NCBI RefSeq assembly: GCF_006345805.1
Contig: NC_043000.1
Span: 52,142,001-52,206,000 of the forward strand
Direction: 5' to 3'
Origin: Octopus sinensis
Taxonomy: Eukaryota
Length of the DNA stretch: 64,000 nucleotides
In this document: positions 13,201 to 27,915 of the stretch, in pieces
How the letters are laid out: every line of letters begins with the position of its first letter
Position numbering within the stretch: position 1 is the first letter of the stretch
Translations under genes and position numbers: made by a program
Notes under the pieces: model-generated
Told to the model about the DNA's origin: nothing
What the model saw: the letters and a program-made list of their open reading frames with translations, nothing else
The model's database searches: none

Positions 13201-13646
13201 CGTAAAAACTGTATAACCGTCAAAACTTTGTATGAGTAAAGGCATAGAATATATATAACATGGGTTAATTTCTGAAAGCATTCAAAAAATAACTAAAAAT
13301 TGATTTAAATTGCATGGCTGCCTCAAGGACGTAGTAATGTATAAATATCAGCGGTTTGCAGTTAAGGGCATTTTAAAAACTGTAGTAGAAGACGAGGTGA
13401 AAGTAGCATAACTACGTCATCAAGATTAATGTCCCTTGAAACAAAGATTGTTGGCATTTGCTATCTACTTACGTGAAGGTGTTTTTCCCCTAGGGGCGAT
13501 ATTACATATTATGAAGAAACTTTGAAGAGTATATGACCATGTCTGGACCGTAAGTGATGTATGGTCCCAGTGTGAACGGAATCGGATGTAAGATATTGAT
13601 TTTAAGTGGGTTCAAGAAAAGACCTGTACCTACACATTTTCCGTTT

Positions 13647-13703
<57 letters not shown>

Positions 13704-14180
13704 CATACATACATACCTATATATAACCTACAGCTGCCACCTATATCTCGATTCATTTTATTTCATTTCAGATTGCTGATACTTACATAAAGAAGGCCTA
13801 ACAGCCCAAACCGTACTACAATTGCATAAGTGCCTTATGTAATACATTCTCAAACAGCTACAAAAACTTACAGCCATAACTGCATGTGTGCGTCAAATTA
13901 TTACATAAAATGATAGCATCAATCTATACCCCGACCTCATACATAGATACAAACATACAGGCACATACTCACATCTTGATTTATGTATGTATATATAGAT
14001 GTATATAAATATACATGCCACTCACACTAGTTCACTATACTAAACAATGCTGTGAAAGCAGATAAATACATTGGTACCCTCAAATACGCATAACACTTTC
14101 TACATATTCAACTATGTATGGTGACTGTTTTGGTGTACACCCATAAACCACAGCACATACACAATATATGTATGTATATA

Positions 14181-14236
<56 letters not shown>

Positions 14237-14457
14237 GTATGTATGTATTGTGTGTGTTTGTGCGTGCTTGCGTGAATATATTGTATGTGCATATCTATAT
14301 ATATTCATATATATATTATATATATATATATATATCTATGAATACATATATATATGCATATATGCACATGTATATATATATATATATAGATATATATTCA
14401 CATATATATATATATATACATATATGCACATGTATATATATATATTATATATATATA

Positions 14458-14502
<45 letters not shown>

Positions 14503-14895
14503 CGTATTTGCAAAAGTATCGATCTGTCGTTACTTTCATATTCTCTCTCTATACTTTCTGATATCTCAACAACAAACAAAGAGCGTTTGGATGTTTATTC
14601 TGTCTACATGAACTTTATCTTCGTGTCATTATGAAGCCATAATTACATTCGTGCTGGAATTCAGAAAACTGTTTATATTCATTCACTACGATGTAGGGCA
14701 CATGTTATTTTTATAAGATTATTTGGTGAAGGATTTCACAGTTATCGAAGGCTGCCGGCATTTTTCTGACATTATTAGATGCTGGAGTTCTTCAGTTATT
14801 CGCTTATAACTTTTACATTATCGATCTCAAGTGATGACGAAAATCTCCATAAAATATTCATAATTCCCTACATAATACACTTTCCACCCTCTCAT

Positions 14896-14982
<87 letters not shown>

Positions 14983-14987
14983 GTCTG

Positions 14988-15055
<68 letters not shown>

Positions 15056-15086
15056 GCTATCTATCTATCTATCTACGCATATATAT

Positions 15087-15146
<60 letters not shown>

Positions 15147-15218
15147 ATGTGTGTGTGTGTGTATCAACATATACTTGTTTGCAAATTGAAGGGTGATGTG
15201 TTCTAAAAGTGAAAAGAT

Positions 15219-15279
<61 letters not shown>

Positions 15280-15387
15280 TTAATACTACTACCACTACTA
15301 CCACTACTACCACTACTTCCACCACCACCACCACCACCACCACCACCACCACTACTACTTCTATTACTACTACCGCTGCTGCTGCTG

Positions 15388-15427
<40 letters not shown>

Positions 15428-15469
15428 AACAGCAACAAATAATAATAATAATAATAATAATGATTTTAA

Positions 15470-15655
15470 ATTTTGGCACAAGGCCAGCGATTTCGAGGAA
15501 AATGTTAAGCCGACTGGTTCATATTTCATCGACCTCGAAAGGATAAAAACTAAAGTTGACCTTGGCGAAATCTGAACTCAAAACGTAAAGACAGACGAAA
15601 TTCCGCTTGTCATTTCGCCCGGCGAGCTAACGATTCTATCAGCTCGTCACCTTAG
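15470..15655 (-). mobile_element. SINE family A copy
   Basis: atcgacctcgaaaggataaaaactaaagttgacc...gaactcaaaacgtaaagacagacgaaat...gctaacgattctatcagctcgtcacc. Confidence 0.85.
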
Positions 15656-15674
15656 TATAATAATAATAATAATA

Positions 15675-15721
<47 letters not shown>

Positions 15722-15723
<2 letters not shown>

Positions 15724-15950
15724 CATAACAAAAACACCAGGACTTACAAACAACATAACAAAAACACCAGGACTTACAAACACATATAACATACAGAAAA
15801 TTGCCCTACTAGGCACTGCACACATCCTACGCAGAACACTTTCCATACCATAACCATCAGAGCATCACAACAAATCACAGCACATACCCAAGGCACACAG
15901 AGCTGCGCTCGGTAGTGAAGTGAAAGCACGCTATAAAAATAAAACTACTG
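15722..15950 (+). mobile_element. R4/Dong-like LINE 3' tip (second family) within (AAT)n
   Basis: Encodes ITKTPGLTNTYNIQKIALLGTAHILRRTLSIP*, homologous to the C-terminus at 6150-6226. The 3' UTR ends aaaataaaactactg(aat)n. (AAT)n on both flanks. Confidence 0.85.
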
Positions 15951-15999
15951 AATAATAATAATAATAATAATAATAGTAGTAGTATTAGTAGTAGTAGTT

Positions 16000-16032
<33 letters not shown>

Positions 16033-16194
16033 TATTATTATTATTATTGTTGTTGTTGTTGTTGTTGTTGTTATTATTATTATTATTATTATTGTTATTA
16101 TTATTATTATTATTGTTGTTGTTGTTATTATTATTATTATTATTATTTTATTATTATTATTATTATTATTAGCAGTAGTAGTAGTAGTAGTAGT

Positions 16195-17017
16195 AAGGAA
16201 GAGAGTGAAAAAGTCGTGCCGGATGCTGAAGAAAGCAAAAGATTCTGGACAAACATATGGTCTCAGGAGAAACAACATGAAACTGAAGCAGAGTGTTTAA
16301 TGACACTCAAAGAGGAGAGTGGAGAGTATCAGTAGGAGGATTTGAAAATAACCAAGGAGCTGATTAGAGAACAGTGCAGACTAAGACTAAGAAAGAAATT
16401 GAGAGTTTGACGGCAACTTTGCAGATGATTACCGAAGATATTGGCATGGAATTTGGGTTCGAAAAATGTGGTGTAATGATTCTCAAAAGGGGAAAAATCA
16501 GTAAAAGCCATGGGATCAACCTGGAAAGTGACGGAACTATAAAGGAAGTCGGAGAAGAAGGATATAAGTACCTGGATATTATTGAAAGATGAATGAACAC
16601 CAGATGAAAGGAATATATAGGAAAGAGTATTTGAGAACTCGGCTTGTGTTCCAATCGAAGCTAAATGGCCACTAAAATATTAGAGCAATCAACACGTGGG
16701 CGGTTGCTTTGATGAGATATGGGACAGGAATAGTATCTTGGAAGAAAACCGAATTATTACAAGAGATAGGCCGGGAACACGTAAATTAATGACAATGAAC
16801 AAGGAAATATACCCCATGAATGATGTGTCAAGATTGTATGTAAAGAGGAAAGAAGGAGAACGGGAATTGATGGGTTGTTAAGGGTGTGCAAGGGAAGATA
16901 AGAATAGCCTGGCTTGGTATGTTAAAAGGAGTAAAGAAGAAATAATTGAAGTAGTGAAAATGTAGGAAACCTTAAAATATAGCGAAGCCGTAGATCCAAC
17001 ACGTTTTAACAAAGACC

Positions 17018-17088
<71 letters not shown>

Positions 17089-17373
17089 AGATGAAGAAAA
17101 TTTCGCAGGATAAGAAAATGCACAGCCGGTTCTTGAAGAATAAAGATGAAATTGGTTGGATTAGAACCTAGCAATGGCAGCATAAAGGAGACTTAAAAGG
17201 ACCCAGTGTGGTATTAATGTACAGCGCTCAAGAACAAGCTCTCAGAACAAACTACTCCAAATATCATATTGATTAAAGTACCGACTCGCCACATCCTACG
17301 CAGAACACTTTCCATACAATAACCATTGAAAGCACGCTACAAAAATAAAACTACTGAATAATAATAATAATAA

Positions 17374-17439
<66 letters not shown>

Positions 17440-17830
17440 TATAGTAATAACATTCTTTGATAAACTTCTTTTTCTGTTTATTTTCTGCATTTTCTGTGAC
17501 AATTTTTGTATTTTACTCAGCAAAAATTATCTCCCTATCGTCACACGCGATGTGGTGATGCAACTTGTTAATACCGTTAGGGGATGGGGTGTCTACTCGT
17601 TTATTTCCAAGATTAGATGCTAGCTAATCTTCATCATTAAAGTACCGACTCGCCACAGGGTGGGATGTGCTTCGAGAAGGGAGAAAGTGTAAGCTATATT
17701 GCTAGTGAGTGCTGTAAGCTCGCACAACGCGAATACAAAATGATACACGACAATGTGACCAGATATGTCCACTGGCTGTTGTGCGACAAAGCAAACCTCA
17801 AGAGAGCTGAATGGTATGAACATAAAGGAT
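16195..17830 (+). mobile_element. Degenerate R4/Dong-like LINE, internally deleted and interrupted
   Basis: Fragments EDIGMEFGFEKCGVMILKRGK, GYKYLDIIE, TRKLMTMNK...SRLYVKRKEG, AQEQALRTNY and the zinc-finger-region remnant ECCKLAQREYKMIHDNV...HWLLC...WYEH. RT core deleted near 16380, (GA)n at 17018-17088, insert at 17294-17635. Confidence 0.85.
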
Positions 17831-20800
17831 CTGTGACTGATGCAGCAATGAGAATTCGGTTAATAATCTATCTTCTTACGATCTGAGTTCAAATCATGCT
17901 GGAAAATGCCGTACGGTATTTGTTTCACCTCTTTATGTTCTGATTTCAAATCTCGCCAAAGTTATCTTTGCCTTTCAGGATCGATAAAATAGTCCATTCA
18001 AGTACAAAAGCCTAGGTACATGATAGTTGTCTCCCTCTCCGCAAATTTGACTTGTGCCTATATGACAAATTATTATTTTCTTGGAGGATAGTACCTTTTA
18101 TATTCGAGATATTCTCTACTACTGACTCCGTAGTTTTCATCATAATTTTTGTATATTTATTATGTTCATTTGATGCAGAAATATAATGTTTTGAATTACC
18201 TTTACAATATTTATGATGATAACAAGTACTGTTAAGCGAAAAGAATCTGCTTAGCTAAAAAGTACGTAGCTTCAAAAGACAGCTGTTCGATAGGTGTCCT
18301 TTAATTATGATTTGTTTTCTGTTATATTACAATTAAAATCTAAGGCGCTTTTCTTTATGGTCTTAGAATTATGATACCAACAAATATTCAATGGATTATC
18401 GTTTTCTCTCTAAACATATTGCTTCGTTTGATGTTAGGTTTTTGTACAGGTGAAATCGATGGCAGGTTTATATAATAAAGAGAATTTTTCGACTGCATTG
18501 ATGAAAAGGCTATAATCTACCGTCGTTCGTTAATGTGAGTTAGCTAGCTGGATCAAAATAAAAAGTAAAAAAAAAGGGGAAAGAAGAAAAGAAACCTGAT
18601 TGCGATGATTTCACTTCCGTGTAGTTCTTTGATGGTGATGAAAATATAATCCAAAACAAAATTATATCAACGCCAAGTATGATATTTGAGAGTTAGAATA
18701 GCGAACTGTCAGTTTCATTTCATGAAGTGTAATATAATGCTTCTGAAAGGATCCCCACCCACCGAACAAGAAACATTACACACGGAACGATTTAACATTC
18801 TTTGATGTTGTTTAGACAACATAACTGTAGTTTGACCACTGTTTTCGAGGAAATATTGAATAAAAAGGAATGGTTCGATAAATTAGAATGATCGAATACC
18901 TTAGTATTCTTCCATGTCGTTTTATTGACTATAGTTCCGCAGTATGTAGCCTTACAAGTTGGTTTAATGTTTATGGTTCTAGACTTATCTGTCTATAATG
19001 CAATGTTGTAGTTTATCGATTAATTAATAGAACTACAACATATTCTGTATACACTTTTCTCGGAGACAATACTTTTAGAATTTGATCTACAACTGTCAAG
19101 AAATCATTGTTTGCTGCTGGTACATTTCACACAATGTTTATTCAGGTGACAGATAGTTACCTTTCCGCTAGAATAAAAGCGAAAACATTCGTGAATCACG
19201 AGCCGTTCAGTAAACAATCAAAATGCAATGTGTTTACGGTGACGTTTCAGTTAAACAGCTAAGATTAATGACATAATCAAGGCAAATGTATAGTACTAGT
19301 CAGCAGAGAGATTAAGCACAGCTTTATAATACCTTTGATGATAAACTATATTTAAATAAATCCCAGAAATATTTATCATTATCTTAATTCGGCGAAAGGC
19401 AGCAATAGTAGTCCAACTACTGTAAACAGTAACAGATGGACATGCATAAATTAATGTAAGAAAAACTTGTAATAAAGTGAGCCTTTCCAATATAGTTACT
19501 AAGCATGGATTCACATCGCTTATTGCTGCCGCGAAAATACTGTAAATTGTGTTTGGGATATTATGTGATCGATCTGGTCGCATCTGTATACTGTCGAAAC
19601 AATTTATTCCAGCTTTCAAGCCACACCCAGTCGCCCTGCGATAATGAGGTGGCGTTGGAAAGTAAACAAAAAAAAAACTGTTGTGGAAAGTGGAAAGAAA
19701 ATAAAATGAATCCTAAAAAACGAAAACAAACCCAAACAGAATGGAAGCTAAAGAACCAAAGAGACGTTCACACCTAACTGGAGAAAGACAGAATGATTTA
19801 TGTGCCAATAAAAGTAACAGAAGAGGAGAGGTTAGTAACAAATTCATATTCGCTCTCTTCAGTTCAGTTTTTGAGTTTATCTTTACCTACGGTTATGTAT
19901 TTTGGGTAATGATCGAAAGAGTACGATGGCTAACATAAGCAGCTGAAATTTATCTGAAGGATCCCCAGAGTAACATTACTCGACAGGCTGCTTAGCTCAA
20001 AGAACAAAGAGTCCAGATCAACGCACTGCTTCTCCGTATTGTGAGGTCATAGCTCCGGTACTACGGACATGGGATTAGAATGTTGTTGTGAAGATTTGCA
20101 AGAAAGATTATTGAAGCCGTGACAACTGACAGAATACCTAGGAGTCTACCAACAACGAAATCGTTGGATAATATTCATATGTCAGTTGGTTGCCTTTGAG
20201 AAACCAGATGAAAAGTTTGGTTATGGTTGTTCCTGATAGGTCACTATAGAGGAGGTATAGAACAGGTATCTAAGTACTCTCAGGAAAAGTGGGTGGAAAA
20301 GATGGATGGATAAAGCTAACAAATGCATATATTACTTAATATATAGTACTTGGTAATTTCAGTTTATTTACTAATTAAAAGAAAATAGTAAAAGATAATA
20401 TAGCAATTGTAACATTGATAAAATAATCTACTATCAAAATATTTAAAAATATTAGCTATATAAAAACCTTTCATGAAACCAGCACTGTTTAACATTTTAA
20501 TTTATATTACAGCTGAAATGAAACACTTATTAATTCCCTTCTCCACATTAAAAGAAATTATTACATAAAATTACCCATATTTTCTTTTGTGAATTTTGTT
20601 CGGTGCCATTTGATGATTAAAAAGTTTATATTGTTTTAATGCCTAAAATAGATGCTAATAGTACAGAATTCAAAATGAAGGGTAACAAAATCATCTGGTG
20701 ATTAATGATATAGTAAATGAAAATGATTTCCCTTGATCCCTCAGTTTCTGAATGTTGTGAACTAAGGCATTGTAGTTTCCGAACCAGTTATTGTTGAATA

Positions 20801-20899
20801 GTTAGGAAATTAGTACCGTATCTATGTGATTTCGTGTTCAGTCTCACTGTTTGCACAATGAACATGTTTATTATACAATAATCTGGGGCCGGCTAAAGT

Positions 20900-21650
20900 T
20901 TTGTGAATGAAATTTAGCAAACAGGAACATGTTGGAAACCCATCCGAGGCTCCATTTATGTCCTTGGGTGGGAGATAGCCAGTCACGAGCATTCAGGCTA
21001 GTCTCTTCTCCCTTCTTTTCCAGGCTGGCAACAAATAAAGTTGTCAAAAGTGGTGCTCTTTATCCTTTAAATAAGCCATTACAAAGAGATGAAACTCTGC
21101 AGACGTTGACTTGTCAATATTGGTGTATTCCAGTAAGAAGTTGGCTATTTATATCAGGCATACTAAAATGTTCAAACGGTTTCATCTGCACTGTTTGTAC
21201 TGCTCATTTATTTCGGACAACCTACCAGCAGCTGTTCCCTCACATAGCGAGCCCAGCTGCGTAGGTTATGTCACATTGTTCGAATGATCTTTGAACACCC
21301 TCCAAATGGTTGCGGAGAAAAGGATCGGTCAGTCTGAGGGCAAATGTTACACTAGCAATTAAGGGGCATTGCTGAAAGTTTTGTAATTAAAAAATACATT
21401 TGATGTAGACTCATCACGAAAGGGGCCATAGCTGATCGACAAAATGAACTATGGGCCGCCGATGAATTCGCCTGGAGTTCCCACAATATGTGCCCAACAT
21501 CCCGCGGAAAGTTTTCTGTACATAAATAATGTCCTGTCCCAGCTTCTCTTAGACATACTGATGGCTGATGTAATAATCCCAGACTACTTCGTAGACAAAT
21601 ACACCAACATATTAAAAGAAGCAGCCCTCTTCAATAATAAGTTGTATATT
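20900..21650 (-). mobile_element. Possible highly decayed pogo/Fot1-like DDE transposase remnant
   Basis: GC-richer segment. Minus-strand fragments RRPIVHFVD (cf. RPVLLxxDGH) and LPS...QP (cf. LPxHTSHxLQPLD) are in the right order but need several frameshifts. Confidence 0.3.
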
Positions 21651-22366
21651 TATAAACAGTAATGTAACGTACGTCTTTGTGTATCTCCATGTCAGTTTCT
21701 TATGTCGGTTTGAAGCTATCTCATGAGTTTGGTGCTAACGTCTGAGAATACAATTTCATTGACAGTTTATAAACCGCCGGCATTTCTTTTGGTATATCAT
21801 TTCTTGAAGTGATAGATACATCTAGATGTTATCCGCATCGTAAGTTTCACTTTGAGTTAATAATAGATGTTAACTGTGTTTCCATCACGAATGATTAAAA
21901 TTAAGTCTGAAATATATAAATTTACACACAAGTTCACGCAGGTGTATCTATAAATATAAATATGAACACAGACATAAAAAAACACACGCATGCAAACACA
22001 CACAATTGCACGCGCGCACGCACACACGGCAGAAACACACACGCACAACAGAAACACACACACACAACACAAGCACACACGAAGTCAATCATCTTACGAA
22101 CATGTACTGGAGTTAATATTTTACTTGCCAATTTATTTATGGTTTCTACGAAACATTATTGCTTTCTGTCTGGTTTTGCTCACATTTAATTTATTTTATC
22201 ATTGAACGAAGATCTCAAAATGATGAGCTTACAATTGTTTTGACTTCTGGTCATCACGAAATCTATTCTTATTCATTTTAAGCGGTGTTCAAAATTATAG
22301 GCTCTCATATATTGTCAATGTCCAGAATAATATACCTATATATATACTTATACCTATATATATACT

Positions 22367-22397
<31 letters not shown>

Positions 22398-22599
22398 ATA
22401 CACACACACACATATATATATATGTATATGCATATTTATATATACATACATATACGTGTGTTTGTACATGTACTTTTGTTTGTGTGTGTGTATATATACA
22501 TATACATACATTAATATATATAATATATATATATATATACATACATTAATATATATATATATATATATACATACATTAATATATATATAGATAGATATT

Positions 22600-22906
22600 G
22601 AGACCCCCTTCGGTCATGTTTGATTGCACATAGAAAGTCACCCTCCCAGGCACAAGTCCGGGCAAGGTTGTTTATGGAAAATCATCAGTCACCCATGCAC
22701 GCCCCAGTATTATCCAAGGGAAAGGCAACAGCAGATACAGCTTGGCACATGTGACGGCGCAACTTTTTTCTACAGCTGAGTGAACTGGAGCAACGTGAAA
22801 TGAAGTGTCTTGCTCAAGAACACAACAGGCAGCCCGGTCCCGGATTCGAACTTACAACCTCACAATCGTAAGCTCGACGCTCTAACCACTGAGCCATGCG
22901 CCTTCA
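22600..22906 (-). mobile_element. SINE family C, full length (tRNA-derived head)
   Basis: Minus strand begins ggcgcatggctcagtggttagagcgtc...gttcgaatcc (A and B boxes). Closely similar to 39032-39355. Confidence 0.9.
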
Positions 22907-22921
22907 CACACACACACACAC

Positions 22922-23052
<131 letters not shown>

Positions 23053-23056
23053 ATAT

Positions 23057-23845
23057 CAGTGGCGCCTCTGGCACTCGGACAGCTTGGGCTAAGCCTGAGT
23101 ATAAATCTAATGAGTGAACATGTATTTGCTAACTGATTTAAATTCTGCAAACACTGACTTCAAGTATATAATTTCAGCCAATAACTGTGGCTCCTTTTAT
23201 TGAGCTTGTTTTCACTTCATTGATTTTTCTTCAGCGTCTGGCGGTCATCTTACATGTGCACTGTGTCGAAATATATCATTCGTAGCAGGCGTTCTCGCGA
23301 CATCATTCACACGTACCTCACTCTGGCTCAGGAGTTACAGCCCGTGTTATTATCTATAATCGTAAATATTAAAAGTAATTCAAATCCAGTAAGTTCTTGA
23401 AACAATAAATTTCTATAGAGTTTAGGATTTAAATTGCAATCTATGAACAGTTTCCGTTTTACAATATTCTTAAGGAACGAAAAATTATCGAGAAGCACTG
23501 GCTAATGCGAATGAGCCTGGTAGGTGTAAAAAAAATAAGTGGTATCTCTTGTCAAAATTACAGGCGACAGTCAGGTCGCCGAAGTTTGCTGTGCGCAACG
23601 CTGCCGTTATTTGATTGGTGTTATTCTGTGCGCCTGTGTGTAAAGATTAATTGTGTTTTGCAACGTTGTTTTTATTTTTACCCATAACTTTGAAATGGAG
23701 AAAGACATAGTGCAAGATATAAAATATAACGCATTTGGGGCGAGAAATATTGTGGAAAAAGGTAAAATTCTTCGAGCAGGAATGTGTCTTATGCGAAATC
23801 CGTGATGTGCCCGAGTGACAATAAAAGCCTGGAGTCGCTTCAGCT
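23057..23845. mobile_element. Possible non-autonomous TIR DNA transposon inside (TA)n
   Basis: Left end CAGTGGCG...cactcgg, right end ccgagtg...gagtcgc (decayed inverted repeat). (TA)n on both sides. Confidence 0.3.
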
Positions 23846-23863
23846 ATATATATATATATATAA

Positions 23864-24419
23864 CCCTTACTATATAAAATAGACCTCTGTGTGTGTTTTT
23901 TGGGGGCTTTTCACGGGAATACACCTACACGAATTGCTTCCATGCTTGGGATGCATGAATAATTCGATCTTGGATACCCAATAGGGTCATCGTTTTATTT
24001 TTGTTACTAAAAATAAATGATATTGCTTTATATTTATGATCCACGTCTGTAAAAGGGTTTCTTAATGTCAACCTCCGGTATTGACGTAAAAACGGTGAAG
24101 TTTCTCACTCTGTTTTAATGTTTTCATTTCAAGTTTTAATTCGCTATTTGTAAACAACTATGATAAATTACTGAAAGACATATTTACTGAGTTCACAAAT
24201 TTAAATATTCGTTGCAAGATAATTTTCATCGTGCTTTTATTTATACAATTTTTTTCATTTCATGTTTACCTCATTCATTGTTTTCAATGTTTTCTCGCCC
24301 CCCTTCTCTCTCTCTCACACACACACACTAGGTTTGATTTCGTTATTACGCAAATATCGCATTAAAATTTTGCTATTCAACATGGGGGTTCCAAATAATA
24401 AGGGCAATCTCTCGCTTGT
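23864..24419 (+). mobile_element. Non-autonomous Helitron-like element
   Basis: Starts ...ttactatataaaatagacct followed by (GT)n. Homologous to 26243-26580 over ~320 bp. Possible decayed 3' end gggcaatctctcgCTTGt. Confidence 0.6.
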
Positions 24420-24719
24420 ACTCGCACACTTCGTTAATTTTCGTAATATTTTTATATTTACTTTTTGCGTGCGGTGTTTGGCTCTATGTATTTGTAGTTA
24501 GATACACACGCACACATGTGCTTTTGTATGTATGTTTGTATACACATATGTGTGCGTGTGTGTGAGAGAGAGAGAGAGAAAGAAAGGGAGAGAGAGTGAG
24601 TGAAGGAGTGTGTTGTCATGTATGCGTACATACATAAATACTTATGCACACATCTATTTTGTATGTATGTGTGCGTGAGTGTGTGAGAGAGAGAGAGAGA
24701 GAGTAATGTTTAAGTGGCA

Positions 24720-24758
<39 letters not shown>

Positions 24759-25229
24759 GTCCATTTCATCTGATATTTGATACTGTATGTATATGTATCT
24801 GTATTTGTGTGCGTGCTTACAGTGTTCCATAATCGTTAGAAAAAAGTAGAGGAATTTTCTTTCTTGATGCTCCTTGTGGCACAGGTAAAAATTTGTACCA
24901 ACATTGCGTCTCTCCAAGGTAAGGCAACGAACAAAAAGGGTGATGTAGAGCTATCATAGCGCTGTTACATACTTCGTGCCTTGCTTCAGTGGTTACTTTC
25001 AGCGAAAAAACTTTTTTCTAAAATAAAATTGTCAACTATTTCGTCGAACAATACTGTATTAGTTAACACTACGGAATTTAATGTAGTGGAGGTTAAACAT
25101 CTAAATAAGTAATATTTATGATGCGACGAGAACAAGAATATAGCAGATTAATGATTAATAATAGTTTTAGTTGAACCTTTGCATATGCGGGTGTCAGCTA
25201 CGCGCGTTTATCGGTTACATTTAATATTC

Positions 25230-25622
25230 TTTTCTACTCTAGACACAAGGCCAGAAATTTTGGAGGAGGGGGCCAGTCGATTAAATTGACCACAGTACAT
25301 AACTGGTGCTTAATTTATCGACCCCGAATGTATGAAAGGTAAAGTCGATCTCGGAGGAATTTGAACTCAGAACGTAAAGATAGACGAAGTACCCATTTCT
25401 TTACTACCCACAAAGAGCTAAACACAGATGGGACAAACAAGGACAGACAAACGGATTAAGTCGATTATATCCACCCCAGTGCGTAACCGGTACTTATTTA
25501 ATCGACCCCGAAAGGATGAAAACCAAAGTCGACCTCGGAGGAATTTGAACTCAGAACCTAAAGACATACGAAATACCGCTAAGTATTTCGGCTTGTGTGC
25601 TAACGTTTCTGCCAGCTCGCCA
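25230..25622 (-). mobile_element. SINE family A partial dimer (one head, two bodies, two different tails)
   Basis: The body appears at 25300-25392 and 25470-25580, but only one head is present (25585-25622). Confidence 0.85.
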
Positions 25623-26013
25623 CTTTGGTTACTTTTAATGTTAATGACTTGCGGGGATGCAGTATTTTGTTATGCAACCATAACATGCTATACAGTATAT
25701 CAATAGTTTTTATAAGTCAATGCTGCGTTCTACTGAGTTAGCAGTGCACTTTACATCACTTGTTGTGAAGGTTATCTCTACAGATATATTATAGAAATTA
25801 TAGCCAGCACGGATTTTGTTACGACGTATCCGAAGCGTCAGAAGCAAACAGATCGTAGATGAAAAAAGGGTAATGGGCGTGTATATACCATATTTTGGGG
25901 GTTCTACTCCCTCATAGGTACCCATCTAACTCCTTAATCATCTATAAACACATTGCTTAAATAGCCACTAAATACAGAGGTTTAACGTTATTGGACATAC
26001 TAATTTTAAATAT

Positions 26014-26145
26014 TCTTTTCTACTCCAGGCAAAAGGCCCGAAATTTTGGGGGAGGGTGCCATTCAATTAGATCGACCCCGGTACGCCACTGGTTTTTAAT
26101 TTATCGACCCGAAAGTATGAAAGGCAAAGTCGACCTCAGCGGAAT
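26014..26145 (-). mobile_element. SINE family A 3' fragment
   Basis: aatttatcgacccgaaagtatgaaaggcaaagtcgacctcagcggaat. Confidence 0.8.
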
Positions 26146-26242
26146 ACCAATTTTAAATATTAAACACATTTCTGGAAGCTGGTATGTAAATATTAATGAC
26201 TTGTAGGGACGCAATATCTCTTATTTCTTCATGCAACTATAA

Positions 26243-26580
26243 TCTTCCTATATAAAATAGACCTAAGTGTGTGTGTGTTTGCCTTTCACGCGAAAACGAC
26301 TGCGCGAATTGCTTCCATACTTAAAATGCATGAAAAATTTGACGTCGGATACATAATATGGTCTTCAGTTTATTTTTTAGTAAAAAAAAATAATATTACT
26401 TCATATATATGATTCACTTCTTTAAAAAGGTTTTCAAAGTCCACTCCTGGTAATGACGTAGCAACGGCAAAATTTTTCGTTTTCATTTGCGAAATCTCTC
26501 AGTTTCTATTTTAATATGTTCATTTCAAGTTTTAATTCGTTATTTGCAAACAACTACGATAAATTACTGAAAGAAATATA
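26243..26580 (+). mobile_element. Non-autonomous Helitron-like element, 5' part
   Basis: A|TC start (tcttcctatataaaatag), (GT)n, then ttcacgcgaaaacg. Homologous to 23864-24190. Confidence 0.6.
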
Positions 26581-27873
26581 AACCATGAGAGGAGCATTTT
26601 CGGTGGAAAAAAATGTAAATATTTCCAGAGGCAAAGGTATAAGATTCAAGGGAGATTTGACTGTTGGTTCTTGCACATCCCAAACTACCCTCCATTTCCA
26701 CTCTCGCATCGTCGTATGCATTGATATTTTTGTTTAATATTTTTCCCATTAAACACATTTTATCGTAGAAATCTTTCGCCACACATCTCTGACTTCTTCA
26801 GCGACAGTTTTTGTTTCCGTGTGTTTTCTTGTTCCACTTACTCCATTCTATTCTTCTAAGATGTACAGATTTTAAAATATTCTTTTACCGAAAAGGCTCT
26901 TGCCAAACAATTTCGAAACATATTTTAAGCTATCAACTGCAGTTGCCAAGGTCAAATTGATTTAACGTTAGTTAAAGAGCTAATATCTTCTCCTCAACGC
27001 ATAGGTATTATAAATTAATTACATGTTTCCTTTACATTAAGTATGGTGACTCTAATCTGATATACATTTTTGCAGACATTACCCCAGACTAATTAATTGC
27101 AAATAGTTATCGCTCAAATGTAAAAATAGTCAAAATGTTTTGTCTGACGGTAATAGAGACATATTCATTGTGCTGATTCCTCATTATTTTGAGAGTAAAA
27201 TATTCTACATATCCTTTGCCGCTTTAATTGATCATTTATATTTCGTAGAAATTCGAAAAATTTTAATAACATAATAGAAAACAACACATGGGCAGTAAAT
27301 TCTTATCATGGAAGAAGAGAAGCCAACCTCGTGTATAATCTGAGAGATCGCTAAACAAAACAGAAAATATATTTTTTTCCAGCAATATGGAGGACTTAAT
27401 TACAAGGTAAAAACCTTTCCAAGCTGTTATCACCTTATAAAGCATTAAAAGTATGAAACAATAAAGTGTCTTTTTCTTTAATTGGAAATACGCAACGACA
27501 AAACATTATTTGGGGAGCGGCTTGACACTTGAATGTTTAAAGTATTATTGTTTGCATAATAATTGATGTGTTATTCCCAGACATGAACAAGTGAGCTAAA
27601 TAAACATATCTATCTGAAAATAAAGGTTTTCAAAAAGATATGGTGCATAAAGAAAGCCAGATGCCGAGCTCGTATAAAATATTTCTATACACGTTACTGT
27701 GCTCTAGGAAACATCACTAATGGTTACCAAAATCATAAAACAGGGCATAAATACATTACGAGATATACTTTACGTACAAGCATTTATACATAAAGACACA
27801 CATACACACACACACACGCGTATATGTATGTGTGTGTATGTATATATACATGGTTATATATAGATATTTATAT

Positions 27874-27915
<42 letters not shown>

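Noticed and set aside
18450-18534. Segment with good-looking acceptor (tttgtacAG) and donor (GTGAGT)
   Set aside because: Stop codons occur in all three frames.
19296-19619. 107-aa minus-strand ORF with a hydrophobic stretch
   Set aside because: No recognisable motif or splice structure. The length is compatible with chance.
22830-22906. tRNA-like sequence with A and B boxes (also 39280-39355 and 42181-42250)
   Set aside because: These are SINE heads continuing into SINE bodies, with no proper cloverleaf, so they are not tRNA genes.
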